A DNA stretch of 64,000 nt from Lingula anatina. Lineage: Eukaryota; Animalia; Brachiopoda. The stretch lies in contig CM120648.1 of assembly GCA_051362555.1 (NCBI GenBank), positions 16,054,587-16,118,586 of the forward strand, written 5' to 3'. Every line of letters begins with the position of its first letter. Position 1 is the first letter of the stretch. The notes beneath the pieces are model-generated. The model was not told the origin of the DNA. It did not search any database and saw nothing but the letters and a program-made list of their open reading frames with translations. Below, in pieces: positions 52,123 through 63,890 of this stretch. Both the position numbers and the translations under genes were made by a program.

Positions 52123-53554
52123 GAGCTAGTTTTAAAAATGGGATAAATATTCTCCTACCGGCAGCTCTCTATCTTGTTAGTAAACAAACCACTGCACTGC
52201 TGACATTTAGGAGTTCCCTGCACCAGAGGTCCCACACTGCAACACAACTATCCTTGGTCCTGGAAAAAAAATATGCAGTATTTAACATCCTAGCCTGCTA
52301 GTTGGCACCAAAATTAACTCTAACAAAACAGGAAAAATGTCAGAAACAAAGAGGAAAAAATGAAATACAATTTTTATACACTGTATTTTAGCAGAACTAC
52401 ATTTTGTCTGTCCTATACATGTCGTATTCTGTCATTGTAATGACCTATTTTTAGGGTTACACTTGCCACACAAGGGTAGAAACCACCAAATAATTTCCCT
52501 TTGACAACTATACAAAGAAATGCCTGCAAAACTGCATGAATAAAAACATTTCCCATCCCCATGGACGGCAGACACACTGACATAACTCCCAATGGCACAA
52601 AATTATACTGTCACCAGACATTATTTCTTACCGGCATTACTTGAACATGTGACCCTTCTGTTTGTAAGCAAACCACTGCACTGCTCACATGTAGTAGCTC
52701 CCTCCGCCAGAGGTCTCACGACTGCACCACAACTATGCCTGGTCCTGAAAAAAAAACTGGCAGTAGTTTACACCCTGGCCTGCTAGTTGATCCCAAATTT
52801 AACCCTAGCAACACACAAGAAATACCAGGAAAAAAAATGAAAAAAAGCACTATTTTTATCTGAATGAACTATATTCGTCTATAACAGATGCTAATTGGCT
52901 GATTTATCAGTTTCCGCCCAGAACCAGAAACCAAAAATAACAAAATGACAATCCACCTACATATCCGGTTTAAAGTAGTGCTCAAACTTAATCAATCTTT
53001 ATGAAATATTCACCAAAAACTCAACAGCAATCCTGAAACATATCTGGAAAATTTGGTGCCTGTTGTAACAGTACTTATTGATATATTGCAGAATAAAAAC
53101 ATAGTCCAATTTACTGTGTTACACCTGTAAATTACAACAAAAATGAGAGTAATTATGGTATGTGAAGACCTGTGATTTTATGAAAAAGCTATATATCACT
53201 TCCAATTTTTTTACGTGAACAACTTGTTCCTTTAGCTAATCAAAAAAAATATTTCCACACACATTTACCTACTATATATGACCATTTTATGGAAAGTTTT
53301 AAGCTCCCCACCCCCCTAAATACATAGATAAATGGATAAAAATGCTGATGCATTATTCCAAACATCTAAGACCTAAAACCAACATTGCATACAAAAGACA
53401 AGGTGTCACTTCCTCACATGGAAAAAAAATTCCCAGGTTTACATCTGTGTAAACACTTTCCCTGGGGAGTTGAAATCAGTAGGGGCTCTGGGCCAGGTGG
53501 CTAGGGACAGGGAGCTAACACAAACATCCTGCTGCCTGGCCTCCTGCTGCCCTG

Positions 53555-53561
53555 TATAAAA
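53555..53561 (+). promoter_or_regulatory. candidate TATA box of the transposase gene (also ~57476, ~61396)
   Basis: TATAAAA ~120 bp upstream of the ATG, after a GC-rich stretch. Absent from unit 1. Confidence 0.55.
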
Positions 53562-53676
53562 GAGACCCCAGCTCAGCCAAAAATCATACCAGCTCACAGA
53601 GTTAGTCTGAAGTCCATGAGTGAAAAATACTGTCATCTTAGAGGAGAAAAAAAAATTAGAGTTGCCAGGAGACAGA

Positions 53677-55686
53677 ATGCCTGGAAGAAAAAAGGCCAGA
53701 AAATGGTATTTTAAGCCAGGCAATACCTATGGGTCTCAGTACTGGCAAGGTGTCAGTGAAAAAAAAGCAGACCAGAGGAAAGAAGAAAGTCACCCCTTTA
53801 CCAGACTGAGTGCTACTCAGTATGAAGACCTTGTGACAGTGAGGAGAGATGGCACTCTCAGCCTCCATGATGTTGATGGAAATCCTGCTCCAGTGAGGTT
53901 GCTGAGACCAGTAAAACCAAAGGCCACAGTCCAGCAGCCTGAGTCTGATGGCAAGCCACCAGTCAGTGATGATGTCTACAAGCTACACCATCAGGGGAAG
54001 CTGCTGCAGTTTTTTAATGACTGCTTTCAAGAGCATGCAGAGACCAGTGCTGGTTGTGATGGCAGACTTGTCTTCGACCCAAACAAAGAGGAGAAGCGAG
54101 GACTGTGTTGGAAGGAGGAAATGAAGTGTGAGAAATGCAGCTATCACCCTAAAAAGACAAAACTGTACACAGAGGTGACAAGAGAAGGACCAGGGTGCAA
54201 GGCAGCAGTACCTAATGTAGCCATACAAGTTGGACTGTCCCAGACAATGATATCAAATGTTGCATGCCGGCGAATTTTGATGTCAGCTCACATCCCTGTA
54301 CCAGCAACAAGTGGGATGCAGAAACATACAAACAGTGTGCATGACAAGATAGTGGAAGCCAACAGAGGTGACATGGCCAGAAGGCAGGCTCAGCTGCATG
54401 AGAACAACCAAGTAATGGGCCTCCCCAGAGACGCACCCATCAGAGTAGAGGGAGATGGACGTTATAATAACCCCCTGTATTCAGGTGCAGGGAAAACTCC
54501 CTTCCAGGCAGGCACACAGGCAGTGTATACAGTAGTTGAAAATCAAACTAAGAGCAAACAGGTGATTGCTGTGGCAACAAAAAATAAACTCTGTACTACA
54601 GCACAAAGACTGAGAAACAAGGGGCAGCATGTGACATGTCCAGATCACCATGGCCACTGCTCTGCTTCAGCACCTCCTAACTCCAGCATTGGCGATGAAG
54701 CTGACCTAGCCCAGGCATGTGTGTTGGAAATGCAGCAGGACAACGAGCCAACACGTGTGAAGTACTGCATTCTGGATGGTGATTCATGTGCACTGAAGGG
54801 TTTCCAACCTACCTCAGAGACATCAACAAGTGATACCCCTCCGCTTCTACTAAAAGACACCCGTCACCTCAGTCTTGGACAGAAACGTGCACTGGCCAAA
54901 GTATCCTGGAGTTCTGGGATGTTTCCTAGACATCTGAAAATAGAGAAAGAAAAACTGATTAACAGATTCAATGAGGATGTTAAGGGTCAGTGTGCTATGA
55001 CATTGTCACTGTGTTATGATGCATGTGCTGGAGATGTGAACAAGATGATAAAAAAACTGACCTATGCCACTGATGCCATGATTGACTGTTACAATGGAAA
55101 CCATGACTTATGCAAAAGAGGCAAGTCCTTCACATGTCAGGGCACAAAAAGACACCATTGGAACAAGCCCATGCTACCAGAAGGCTACAGGCTACATATG
55201 ACTGATGAGGATAAAGATAAATTAAGACAATGTATTGGTTACAAATTGGACAGAAATGCAGTGCTCTCTCAGCACTTTAATAGTAACAGTCAAAAAGCAG
55301 AAGCAGTTAACCGCACCTATACATCAACAAACCCAAAATGTGTCACCATGACAAGGAATTTCAGTGGCAGGATACACAGTGCTGTCCACAAGGTGAACAA
55401 TGGACCAGGTCAGTCTACAGTGCAGCTACTGGAACATGTTGGAGCCAGCCTTCCACACAATTCCCGTGTTCGATGCCAGCTGAAAAGTGAAGATGCACAA
55501 GTGAAAAAGAGAAAAGACTCTAAAAAGACTATTAAAAGCAAGCAAAACAGAATAAAAACTGTTCTAAGAAACTATCAAATGTATGACTCTAGACCAGAAA
55601 AAGTTGTGTACAAAAAAGGCATGCATGACAAGCTGCCACAGAAATCCATTAGATGCCCTCCAGATCATAATTATAATAAAAAATAA
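53677..55686 (+). CDS. DDE transposase, unit 2
   Basis: Intact 2010-nt ORF with 8 aa differences from unit 1. Confidence 0.8.
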   Translation: MPGRKKARKWYFKPGNTYGSQYWQGVSEKKADQRKEESHPFTRLSATQYEDLVTVRRDGTLSLHDVDGNPAPVRLLRPVKPKATVQQPESDGKPPVSDDVYKLHHQGKLLQFFNDCFQEHAETSAGCDGRLVFDPNKEEKRGLCWKEEMKCEKCSYHPKKTKLYTEVTREGPGCKAAVPNVAIQVGLSQTMISNVACRRILMSAHIPVPATSGMQKHTNSVHDKIVEANRGDMARRQAQLHENNQVMGLPRDAPIRVEGDGRYNNPLYSGAGKTPFQAGTQAVYTVVENQTKSKQVIAVATKNKLCTTAQRLRNKGQHVTCPDHHGHCSASAPPNSSIGDEADLAQACVLEMQQDNEPTRVKYCILDGDSCALKGFQPTSETSTSDTPPLLLKDTRHLSLGQKRALAKVSWSSGMFPRHLKIEKEKLINRFNEDVKGQCAMTLSLCYDACAGDVNKMIKKLTYATDAMIDCYNGNHDLCKRGKSFTCQGTKRHHWNKPMLPEGYRLHMTDEDKDKLRQCIGYKLDRNAVLSQHFNSNSQKAEAVNRTYTSTNPKCVTMTRNFSGRIHSAVHKVNNGPGQSTVQLLEHVGASLPHNSRVRCQLKSEDAQVKKRKDSKKTIKSKQNRIKTVLRNYQMYDSRPEKVVYKKGMHDKLPQKSIRCPPDHNYNKK

Positions 55687-55824
55687 TAATTTTATATAAA
55701 CAACGTGGTTTGTTATTTATTTATTAAATTGTGTGGGGTTAATTTTACTTAAAAGTTGGGGTTAACTTTCGCGGTCACACTTAAAAGTTGGGGTTAACTT
55801 TCACAGCAGTCACACTTAAAAGTT

Positions 55825-56043
55825 GGGGTTAAAGTTAGGGTTAGGGTTAGACATAGGGTTAGGGTTAGGGTTAAAGTTAGGGTTAGGGTTAGAGGGTTAG
55901 GGTTAGGGTAAGGGTTAGGGTTAGACTTGGGGTTAGACTTAGGGTTAGGGTTAAAGTTAGGGTTAGGGTTAGACTTAGGGTTAAAGTTAGGGTTAGGGTT
56001 AGACTTAGGGTTAGGGTTAGGGTTAGTGTTAGGGTTAGGGTTT
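55825..56043 (+). repeat. degenerate telomeric tract, unit 2
   Basis: Same pattern as unit 1 with a few private variants. Confidence 0.95.
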
Positions 56044-57597
56044 GAGCTAGTTTTAAAAATGGGATAAATATTCTCCTACCGGCAGCTCTCTATCTTGTTA
56101 GTAAACAAACCACTGCACTGCTGACATTTAGGAGTTCCCTGCACCAGAGGTCCCACACTGCAACACAACTATCCTTGGTCCTGGAAAAAAAATATGCAGT
56201 ATTTAACATCCTAGCCTGCTAGTTGGCACCAAAATTAACTCTAACAAAACAGGAAAAATGTCAGAAACAAAGAGGAAAAAATGAAATACAATTTTTATAC
56301 ACTGTATTTTAGCAGAACTACATTTTGTCTGTCCTACACATATCGTATTCTGTCATTGTAATGACCTATTTTTAGGGTTACACTTGCCACACAAGGGTAG
56401 AAACCACCAAATAATTTCCCTTTGACAACTATACAAAGAAATGCCTGCAAAACTGCATGAATAAAAACATTTCCCATCCCCATGGACGGCAGACACACTG
56501 ACATAACTCCCAATGGCACAAAAATATACTGTCACCAGACATTATTTCTTACCGGCATTACTTGAACATGTGACCCTTCTGTTTGTAAGCAAACCACTGC
56601 ACTGCTCACATGTAGTAGCTCCCTCCGCCAGAGGTCTCACGACTGCACCACAACTATGCCTGGTCCTGAAAAAAAAACTGGCAGAAGTTTACACCCTGGC
56701 CTGCTAGTTGATCCCAAATTTAACCCTAGCAACACACAAGAAATACCAGGAAAAAAAATGAAAAAAAGCACTATTTTTATCTGAATGAACTATATTCGTC
56801 TATAACAGATGCTAATTGGCTGATTTATCAGTTTCCGCCCAGAACCAGAAACCAAAAATAACAAAATGACAATCCACCTACATATCCGGTTTAAAGTAGT
56901 GCTCAAACTTAATCAATCTTTATGAAATATTCACCAAAAACTCAACAGCAATCCTGAAACATATCTGGAAAATTTGGTGCCTGTTGTAACAGTACTTATT
57001 GATATATTGCAGAATAAAAACATAGTCCAATTTACTGTGTTACACCTGTAAATTACAACAAAAATGAGAGTAATTATGGTATGTGAAGACCTGTGATTTT
57101 ATGAAAAAGCTATATATCACTTCCAATTTTTTTACGTGAACAACTTGTTCCTTTAGCTAATCAAAAAAAATATTTCCACACACATTTACCTACTATATAT
57201 GACCATTTTATGGAAAGTTTTAAGCTCCCCACCCCCCTAAATACATAGATAAATGGATAAAAATGCTGATGCATTATTCCAAACATCTAAGACCTAAAAC
57301 CAACATTGCATACAAAAGACAAGGTGTCACTTCCTCACATGGAAAAAAAATTCCCAGGTTTACATCTGTGTAAACACTTTCCCTGGGGAGTTGAAATCAG
57401 TAGGGGCTCTGGGCCAGGTGGCTAGGGACAGGGAGCTAACACAAACATCCTGCTGCCTGGCCTCCTGCTGCCCTGTATAAAAGAGACCCCAGCTCAGCCA
57501 AAAATCATACCAGCTCACAGAGTTAGTCTGAAGTCCATGAGTGAAAAATACTGTCATCTTAGAGGAGAAAAAAAAATTAGAGTTGCCAGGAGACAGA

Positions 57598-59607
57598 ATG
57601 CCTGGAAGAAAAAAGGCCAGAAAATGGTATTTTAAGCCAGGCAATACCTATGGGTCTCAGTACTGGCAAGGTGTCAGTGAAAAAAAAGCAGACCAGAGGA
57701 AAGAAGAAAGTCACCCCTTTACCAGACTGAGTGCTACTCAGTATGAAGACCTTGTGACAGTGAGGAGAGATGGCACTCTCAGCCTCCATGATGTTGATGG
57801 AAATCCTGCTCCAGTGAGGTTGCTGAGACCAGTAAAACCAAAGGCCACAGTCCAGCAGCCTGAGTCTGATGGCAAGCCACCAGTCAGTGATGATGTCTAC
57901 AAGCTACACCATCAGGGGAAGCTGCTGCAGTTTTTTAATGACTGCTTTCAAGAGCATGCAGAGACCAGTGCTGGTTGTGATGGCAGACTTGTCTTCGACC
58001 CAAACAAAGAGGAGAAGCGAGGACTGTGTTGGAAGGAGGAAATGAAGTGTGAGAAATGCAGCTATCACCCTAAAAAGACAAAACTGTACACAGAGGTGAC
58101 AAGAGAAGGACCAGGGTGCAAGGCAGCAGTACCTAATGTAGCCATACAAGTTGGACTGTCCCAGACAATGATATCAAATGTTGCATGCCGGCGAATTTTG
58201 ATGTCAGCTCACATCCCTGTACCAGCAACAAGTGGGATGCAGAAACATACAAACAGTGTGCATGACAAGATAGTGGAAGCCAACAGAGGTGACATGGCCA
58301 GAAGGCAGGCTCAGCTGCATGAGAACAACCAAGTAATGGGCCTCCCCAGAGACGCACCCATCAGAGTAGAGGGAGATGGACGTTATAATAACCCCCTGTA
58401 TTCAGGTGCAGGGAAAACTCCCTTCCAGGCAGGCACACAGGCAGTGTATACAGTAGTTGAAAATCAAACTAAGAGCAAACAGGTGATTGCTGTGGCAACA
58501 AAAAATAAACTCTGTACTACAGCACAAAGACTGAGAAACAAGGGGCAGCATGTGACATGTCCAGATCACCATGGCCACTGCTCTGCTTCAGCACCTCCTA
58601 ACTCCAGCATTGGCGATGAAGCTGACCTAGCCCAGGCATGTGTGTTGGAAATGCAGCAGGACAACGAGCCAACACGTGTGAAGTACTGCATTCTGGATGG
58701 TGATTCATGTGCACTGAAGGGTTTCCAACCTACCTCAGAGACATCAACAAGTGATACCCCTCCGCTTCTACTAAAAGACACCCGTCACCTCAGTCTTGGA
58801 CAGAAACGTGCACTGGCCAAAGTATCCTGGAGTTCTGGGATGTTTCCTAGACATCTGAAAATAGAGAAAGAAAAACTGATTAACAGATTCAATGAGGATG
58901 TTAAGGGTCAGTGTGCTATGACATTGTCACTGTGTTATGATGCATGTGCTGGAGATGTGAACAAGATGATAAAAAAACTGACCTATGCCACTGATGCCAT
59001 GATTGACTGTTACAATGGAAACCATGACTTATGCAAAAGAGGCAAGTCCTTCACATGTCAGGGCACAAAAAGACACCATTGGAACAAGCCCATGCTACCA
59101 GAAGGCTACAGGCTACATATGACTGATGAGGATAAAGATAAATTAAGACAATGTATTGGTTACAAATTGGACAGAAATGCAGTGCTCTCTCAGCAATTTA
59201 ATAGTAACAGTCAAAAAGCAGAAGCAGTTAACCGCACCTATACATCAACAAACCCAAAATGTGTCACCATGACAAGGAATTTCAGTGGCAGGATACACAG
59301 TGCTGTCCACAAGGTGAACAATGGACCAGGTCAGTCTACAGTGCAGCTACTGGAACATGTTGGAGCCAGCCTTCCACACAATTCCCGTGTTCGATGCCAG
59401 CTGAAAAGTGAAGATGCACAAGTGAAAAAGAGAAAAGACTCTAAAAAGACTATTAAAAGCAAGCAAAACAGAATAAAAACTGTTCTAAGAAACTATCAAA
59501 TGTATGACTCTAGACCAGAAAAAGTTGTGTACAAAAAAGGCATGCATGACAAGCTGCCACAGAAATCCATTAGATGCCCTCCAGATCATAATTATAATAA
59601 AAAATAA
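57598..59607 (+). CDS. DDE transposase, unit 3
   Basis: Intact; differs from unit 2 by SQHF to SQQF. Confidence 0.8.
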   Translation: MPGRKKARKWYFKPGNTYGSQYWQGVSEKKADQRKEESHPFTRLSATQYEDLVTVRRDGTLSLHDVDGNPAPVRLLRPVKPKATVQQPESDGKPPVSDDVYKLHHQGKLLQFFNDCFQEHAETSAGCDGRLVFDPNKEEKRGLCWKEEMKCEKCSYHPKKTKLYTEVTREGPGCKAAVPNVAIQVGLSQTMISNVACRRILMSAHIPVPATSGMQKHTNSVHDKIVEANRGDMARRQAQLHENNQVMGLPRDAPIRVEGDGRYNNPLYSGAGKTPFQAGTQAVYTVVENQTKSKQVIAVATKNKLCTTAQRLRNKGQHVTCPDHHGHCSASAPPNSSIGDEADLAQACVLEMQQDNEPTRVKYCILDGDSCALKGFQPTSETSTSDTPPLLLKDTRHLSLGQKRALAKVSWSSGMFPRHLKIEKEKLINRFNEDVKGQCAMTLSLCYDACAGDVNKMIKKLTYATDAMIDCYNGNHDLCKRGKSFTCQGTKRHHWNKPMLPEGYRLHMTDEDKDKLRQCIGYKLDRNAVLSQQFNSNSQKAEAVNRTYTSTNPKCVTMTRNFSGRIHSAVHKVNNGPGQSTVQLLEHVGASLPHNSRVRCQLKSEDAQVKKRKDSKKTIKSKQNRIKTVLRNYQMYDSRPEKVVYKKGMHDKLPQKSIRCPPDHNYNKK

Positions 59608-59745
59608 TAATTTTATATAAACAACGTGGTTTGTTATTTATTTATTAAATTGTGTGGGGTTAATTTTACTTAAAAGTTGGGGTTAACTTTCGCGGTCACA
59701 CTTAAAAGTTGGGGTTAACTTTCACAGCAGTCACACTTAAAAGTT

Positions 59746-59964
59746 GGGGTTAAAGTTAGGGTTAGGGTTAGACATAGGGTTAGGGTTAGGGTTAAAGTTA
59801 GGGTTAGGGTTAGAGGGTTAGGGTTAGGGTAAGGGTTAGGGTTAGACTTGGGGTTAGACTTAGGGTTAGGGTTAAAGTTAGGGTTAGGGTTAGACTTAGG
59901 GTTAAAGTTAGGGTTAGGGTTAGACTTAGGGTTAGGGTTAGGGTTAGTGTTAGGGTTAGGGTTT
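59746..59964 (+). repeat. degenerate telomeric tract, unit 3
   Basis: Same variant pattern as unit 2. Confidence 0.95.
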
Positions 59965-61517
59965 GAGCTAGTTTTAAAAATGGGATAAATATTCTCCTAC
60001 CGGCAGCTCTCTATCTTGTTAGTAAACAAACCACTGCACTGCTGACATTTAGGAGTTCCCTGCACCAGAGGTCCCACACTGCAACACAACTATCCTTGGT
60101 CCTGGAAAAAAATATGCAGTATTTAACATCCTAGCCTGCTAGTTGGCACCAAAATTAACTCTAACAAAACAGGAAAAATGTCAGAAACAAAGAGGAAAAA
60201 ATGAAATACAATTTTTATACACTGTATTTTAGCAGAACTACATTTTGTCTGTCCTACACATATCGTATTCTGTCATTGTAATGACCTATTTTTAGGGTTA
60301 CACTTGCCACACAAGGGTAGAAACCACCAAATAATTTCCCTTTGACAACTATACAAAGAAATGCCTGCAAAACTGCATGAATAAAAACATTTCCCATCCC
60401 CATGGACGGCAGACACACTGACATAACTCCCAATGGCACAAAAATATACTGTCACCAGACATTATTTCTTACCGGCATTACTTGAACATGTGACCCTTCT
60501 GTTTGTAAGCAAACCACTGCACTGCTCACATGTAGTAGCTCCCTCCGCCAGAGGTCTCACGACTGCACCACAACTATGCCTGGTCCTGAAAAAAAAACTG
60601 GCAGTAGTTTACACCCTGGCCTGCTAGTTGATCCCAAATTTAACCCTAGCAACACACAAGAAATACCAGGAAAAAAAATGAAAAAAAGCACTATTTTTAT
60701 CTGAATGAACTATATTCGTCTATAACAGATGCTAATTGGCTGATTTATCAGTTTCCGCCCAGAACCAGAAACCAAAAATAACAAAATGACAATCCACCTA
60801 CATATCCGGTTTAAAGTAGTGCTCAAACTTAATCAATCTTTATGAAATATTCACCAAAAACTCAACAGCAATCCTGAAACATATCTGGAAAATTTGGTGC
60901 CTGTTGTAACAGTACTTATTGATATATTGCAGAATAAAAACATAGTCCAATTTACTGTGTTACACCTGTAAATTACAACAAAAATGAGAGTAATTATGGT
61001 ATGTGAAGACCTGTGATTTTATGAAAAAGCTATATATCACTTCCAATTTTTTTACGTGAACAACTTGTTCCTTTAGCTAATCAAAAAAAATATTTCCACA
61101 CACATTTACCTACTATATATGACCATTTTATGGAAAGTTTTAAGCTCCCCACCCCCCTAAATACATAGATAAATGGATAAAAATGCTGATGCATTATTCC
61201 AAACATCTAAGACCTAAAACCAACATTGCATACAAAAGACAAGGTGTCACTTCCTCACATGGAAAAAAAATTCCCAGGTTTACATCTGTGTAAACACTTT
61301 CCCTGGGGAGTTGAAATCAGTAGGGGCTCTGGGCCAGGTGGCTAGGGACAGGGAGCTAACACAAACATCCTGCTGCCTGGCCTCCTGCTGCCCTGTATAA
61401 AAAAGACCCCAGCTCAGCCAAAAATCATACCAGCTCACAGAGTTAGTCTGAAGTCCATGAGTGAAAAATACTGTCATCTTAGAGGAGAAAAAAAAATTAG
61501 AGTTGCCAGGAGACAGA

Positions 61518-63527
61518 ATGCCTGGAAGAAAAAAGGCCAGAAAATGGTATTTTAAGCCAGGCAATACCTATGGGTCTCAGTACTGGCAAGGTGTCAGTGA
61601 AAAAAAAGCAGACCAGAGGAAAGAAGAAAGTCACCCCTTTACCAGACTGAGTGCTACTCAGTATGAAGACCTTGTGACAGTGAGGAGAGATGGCACTCTC
61701 AGCCTCCATGATGTTGATGGAAATCCTGCTCCAGTGAGGTTGCTGAGACCAGTAAAACCAAAGGCCACAGTCCAGCAGCCTGAGTCTGATGGCAAGCCAC
61801 CAGTCAGTGATGATGTCTACAAGCTACACCATCAGGGGAAGCTGCTGCAGTTTTTTAATGACTGCTTTCAAGAGCATGCAGAGACCAGTGCTGGTTGTGA
61901 TGGCAGACTTGTCTTCGACCCAAACAAAGAGGAGAAGCGAGGACTGTGTTGGAAGGAGGAAATGAAGTGTGAGAAATGCAGCTATCACCCTAAAAAGACA
62001 AAACTGTACACAGAGGTGACAAGAGAAGGACCAGGGTGCAAGGCAGCAGTACCTAATGTAGCCATACAAGTTGGACTGTCCCAGACAATGATATCAAATG
62101 TTGCATGCCGGCGAATTTTGATGTCAGCTCACATCCCTGTACCAGCAACAAGTGGGATGCAGAAACATACAAACAGTGTGCATGACAAGATAGTGGAAGC
62201 CAACAGAGGTGACATGGCCAGAAGGCAGGCTCAGCTGCATGAGAACAACCAAGTAATGGGCCTCCCCAGAGACGCACCCATCAGAGTAGAGGGAGATGGA
62301 CGTTATAATAACCCCCTGTATTCAGGTGCAGGGAAAACTCCCTTCCAGGCAGGCACACAGGCAGTGTATACAGTAGTTGAAAATCAAACTAAGAGCAAAC
62401 AGGTGATTGCTGTGGCAACAAAAAATAAACTCTGTACTACAGCACAAAGACTGAGAAACAAGGGGCAGCATGTGACATGTCCAGATCACCATGGCCACTG
62501 CTCTGCTTCAGCACCTCCTAACTCCAGCATTGGCGATGAAGCTGACCTAGCCCAGGCATGTGTGTTGGAAATGCAGCAGGACAACGAGCCAACACGTGTG
62601 AAGTACTGCATTCTGGATGGTGATTCATGTGCACTGAAGGGTTTCCAACCTACCTCAGAGACATCAACAAGTGATACCCCTCCGCTTCTACTAAAAGACA
62701 CCCGTCACCTCAGTCTTGGACAGAAACGTGCACTGGCCAAAGTATCCTGGAGTTCTGGGATGTTTCCTAGACATCTGAAAATAGAGAAAGAAAAACTGAT
62801 TAACAGATTCAATGAGGATGTTAAGGGTCAGTGTGCTATGACATTGTCACTGTGTTATGATGCATGTGCTGGAGATGTGAACAAGATGATAAAAAAACTG
62901 ACCTATGCCACTGATGCCATGATTGACTGTTACAATGGAAACCATGACTTATGCAAAAGAGGCAAGTCCTTCACATGTCAGGGCACAAAAAGACACCATT
63001 GGAACAAGCCCATGCTACCAGAAGGCTACAGGCTACATATGACTGATGAGGATAAAGATAAATTAAGACAATGTATTGGTTACAAATTGGACAGAAATGC
63101 AGTGCTCTCTCAGCAATTTAATAGTAACAGTCAAAAAGCAGAAGCAGTTAACCGCACCTATACATCAACAAACCCAAAATGTGTCACCATGACAAGGAAT
63201 TTCAGTGGCAGGATACACAGTGCTGTCCACAAGGTGAACAATGGACCAGGTCAGTCTACAGTGCAGCTACTGGAACATGTTGGAGCCAGCCTTCCACACA
63301 ATTCCCGTGTTCGATGCCAGCTGAAAAGTGAAGATGCACAAGTGAAAAAGAGAAAAGACTCTAAAAAGACTATTAAAAGCAAGCAAAACAGAATAAAAAC
63401 TGTTCTAAGAAACTATCAAATGTATGACTCTAGACCAGAAAAAGTTGTGTACAAAAAAGGCATGCATGACAAGCTGCCACAGAAATCCATTAGATGCCCT
63501 CCAGATCATAATTATAATAAAAAATAA
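61518..63527 (+). CDS. DDE transposase, unit 4
   Basis: Intact; protein identical to unit 3 in the provided translations. Confidence 0.8.
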   Translation: MPGRKKARKWYFKPGNTYGSQYWQGVSEKKADQRKEESHPFTRLSATQYEDLVTVRRDGTLSLHDVDGNPAPVRLLRPVKPKATVQQPESDGKPPVSDDVYKLHHQGKLLQFFNDCFQEHAETSAGCDGRLVFDPNKEEKRGLCWKEEMKCEKCSYHPKKTKLYTEVTREGPGCKAAVPNVAIQVGLSQTMISNVACRRILMSAHIPVPATSGMQKHTNSVHDKIVEANRGDMARRQAQLHENNQVMGLPRDAPIRVEGDGRYNNPLYSGAGKTPFQAGTQAVYTVVENQTKSKQVIAVATKNKLCTTAQRLRNKGQHVTCPDHHGHCSASAPPNSSIGDEADLAQACVLEMQQDNEPTRVKYCILDGDSCALKGFQPTSETSTSDTPPLLLKDTRHLSLGQKRALAKVSWSSGMFPRHLKIEKEKLINRFNEDVKGQCAMTLSLCYDACAGDVNKMIKKLTYATDAMIDCYNGNHDLCKRGKSFTCQGTKRHHWNKPMLPEGYRLHMTDEDKDKLRQCIGYKLDRNAVLSQQFNSNSQKAEAVNRTYTSTNPKCVTMTRNFSGRIHSAVHKVNNGPGQSTVQLLEHVGASLPHNSRVRCQLKSEDAQVKKRKDSKKTIKSKQNRIKTVLRNYQMYDSRPEKVVYKKGMHDKLPQKSIRCPPDHNYNKK

Positions 63528-63665
63528 TAATTTTATATAAACAACGTGGTTTGTTATTTATTTATTAAATTGTGTGGGGTTAATTTTACTTAAAAGTTGG
63601 GGTTAACTTTCGCGGTCACACTTAAAAGTTGGGGTTAACTTTCACAGCAGTCACACTTAAAAGTT

Positions 63666-63890
63666 GGGGTTAAAGTTAGGGTTAGGGTTAGACTTAGGGT
63701 TAGGGTTAGGGTTAAAGTTAGGGTTAGGGTTAGGGTTAGGGTTAAAGTTAGGGTTAGGGTTAGAGGGTTAGGGTTAGGGTTAGACTTAGGGTTAGGGTTA
63801 AAGTTAGGGTTAGGGTTAGACTTAGGGTTAAAGTTAGGGTTAGGGTTAGACTTAAGGTTAGGGTTAGGGTTAGTGTTAGGGTTAGGGTTT
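63666..63890 (+). repeat. degenerate telomeric tract, unit 4
   Basis: Rearranged hexamer order; lacks the variants private to units 2 and 3. Confidence 0.95.

Noticed and set aside
52540-52575. OTU-protease-like motif VHGDGKCFY on the minus strand of the spacer
   Set aside because: It lies in a ~60-aa ORF with no other OTU motifs and falls inside the predicted short intron; probably chance.
51771-53560. TIR pair or TTAA head-to-tail junction for the array unit
   Set aside because: I checked the TTAA sites in the spacer by eye and found no flanking inverted repeat; a computational search could still find a short one.
53620-53676. N-terminal extension of the transposase ORF from a GTG/TTG start (688/674 aa)
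   Set aside because: In a eukaryotic context the first ATG (53677 and equivalents) gives the same 669 aa in all four units.
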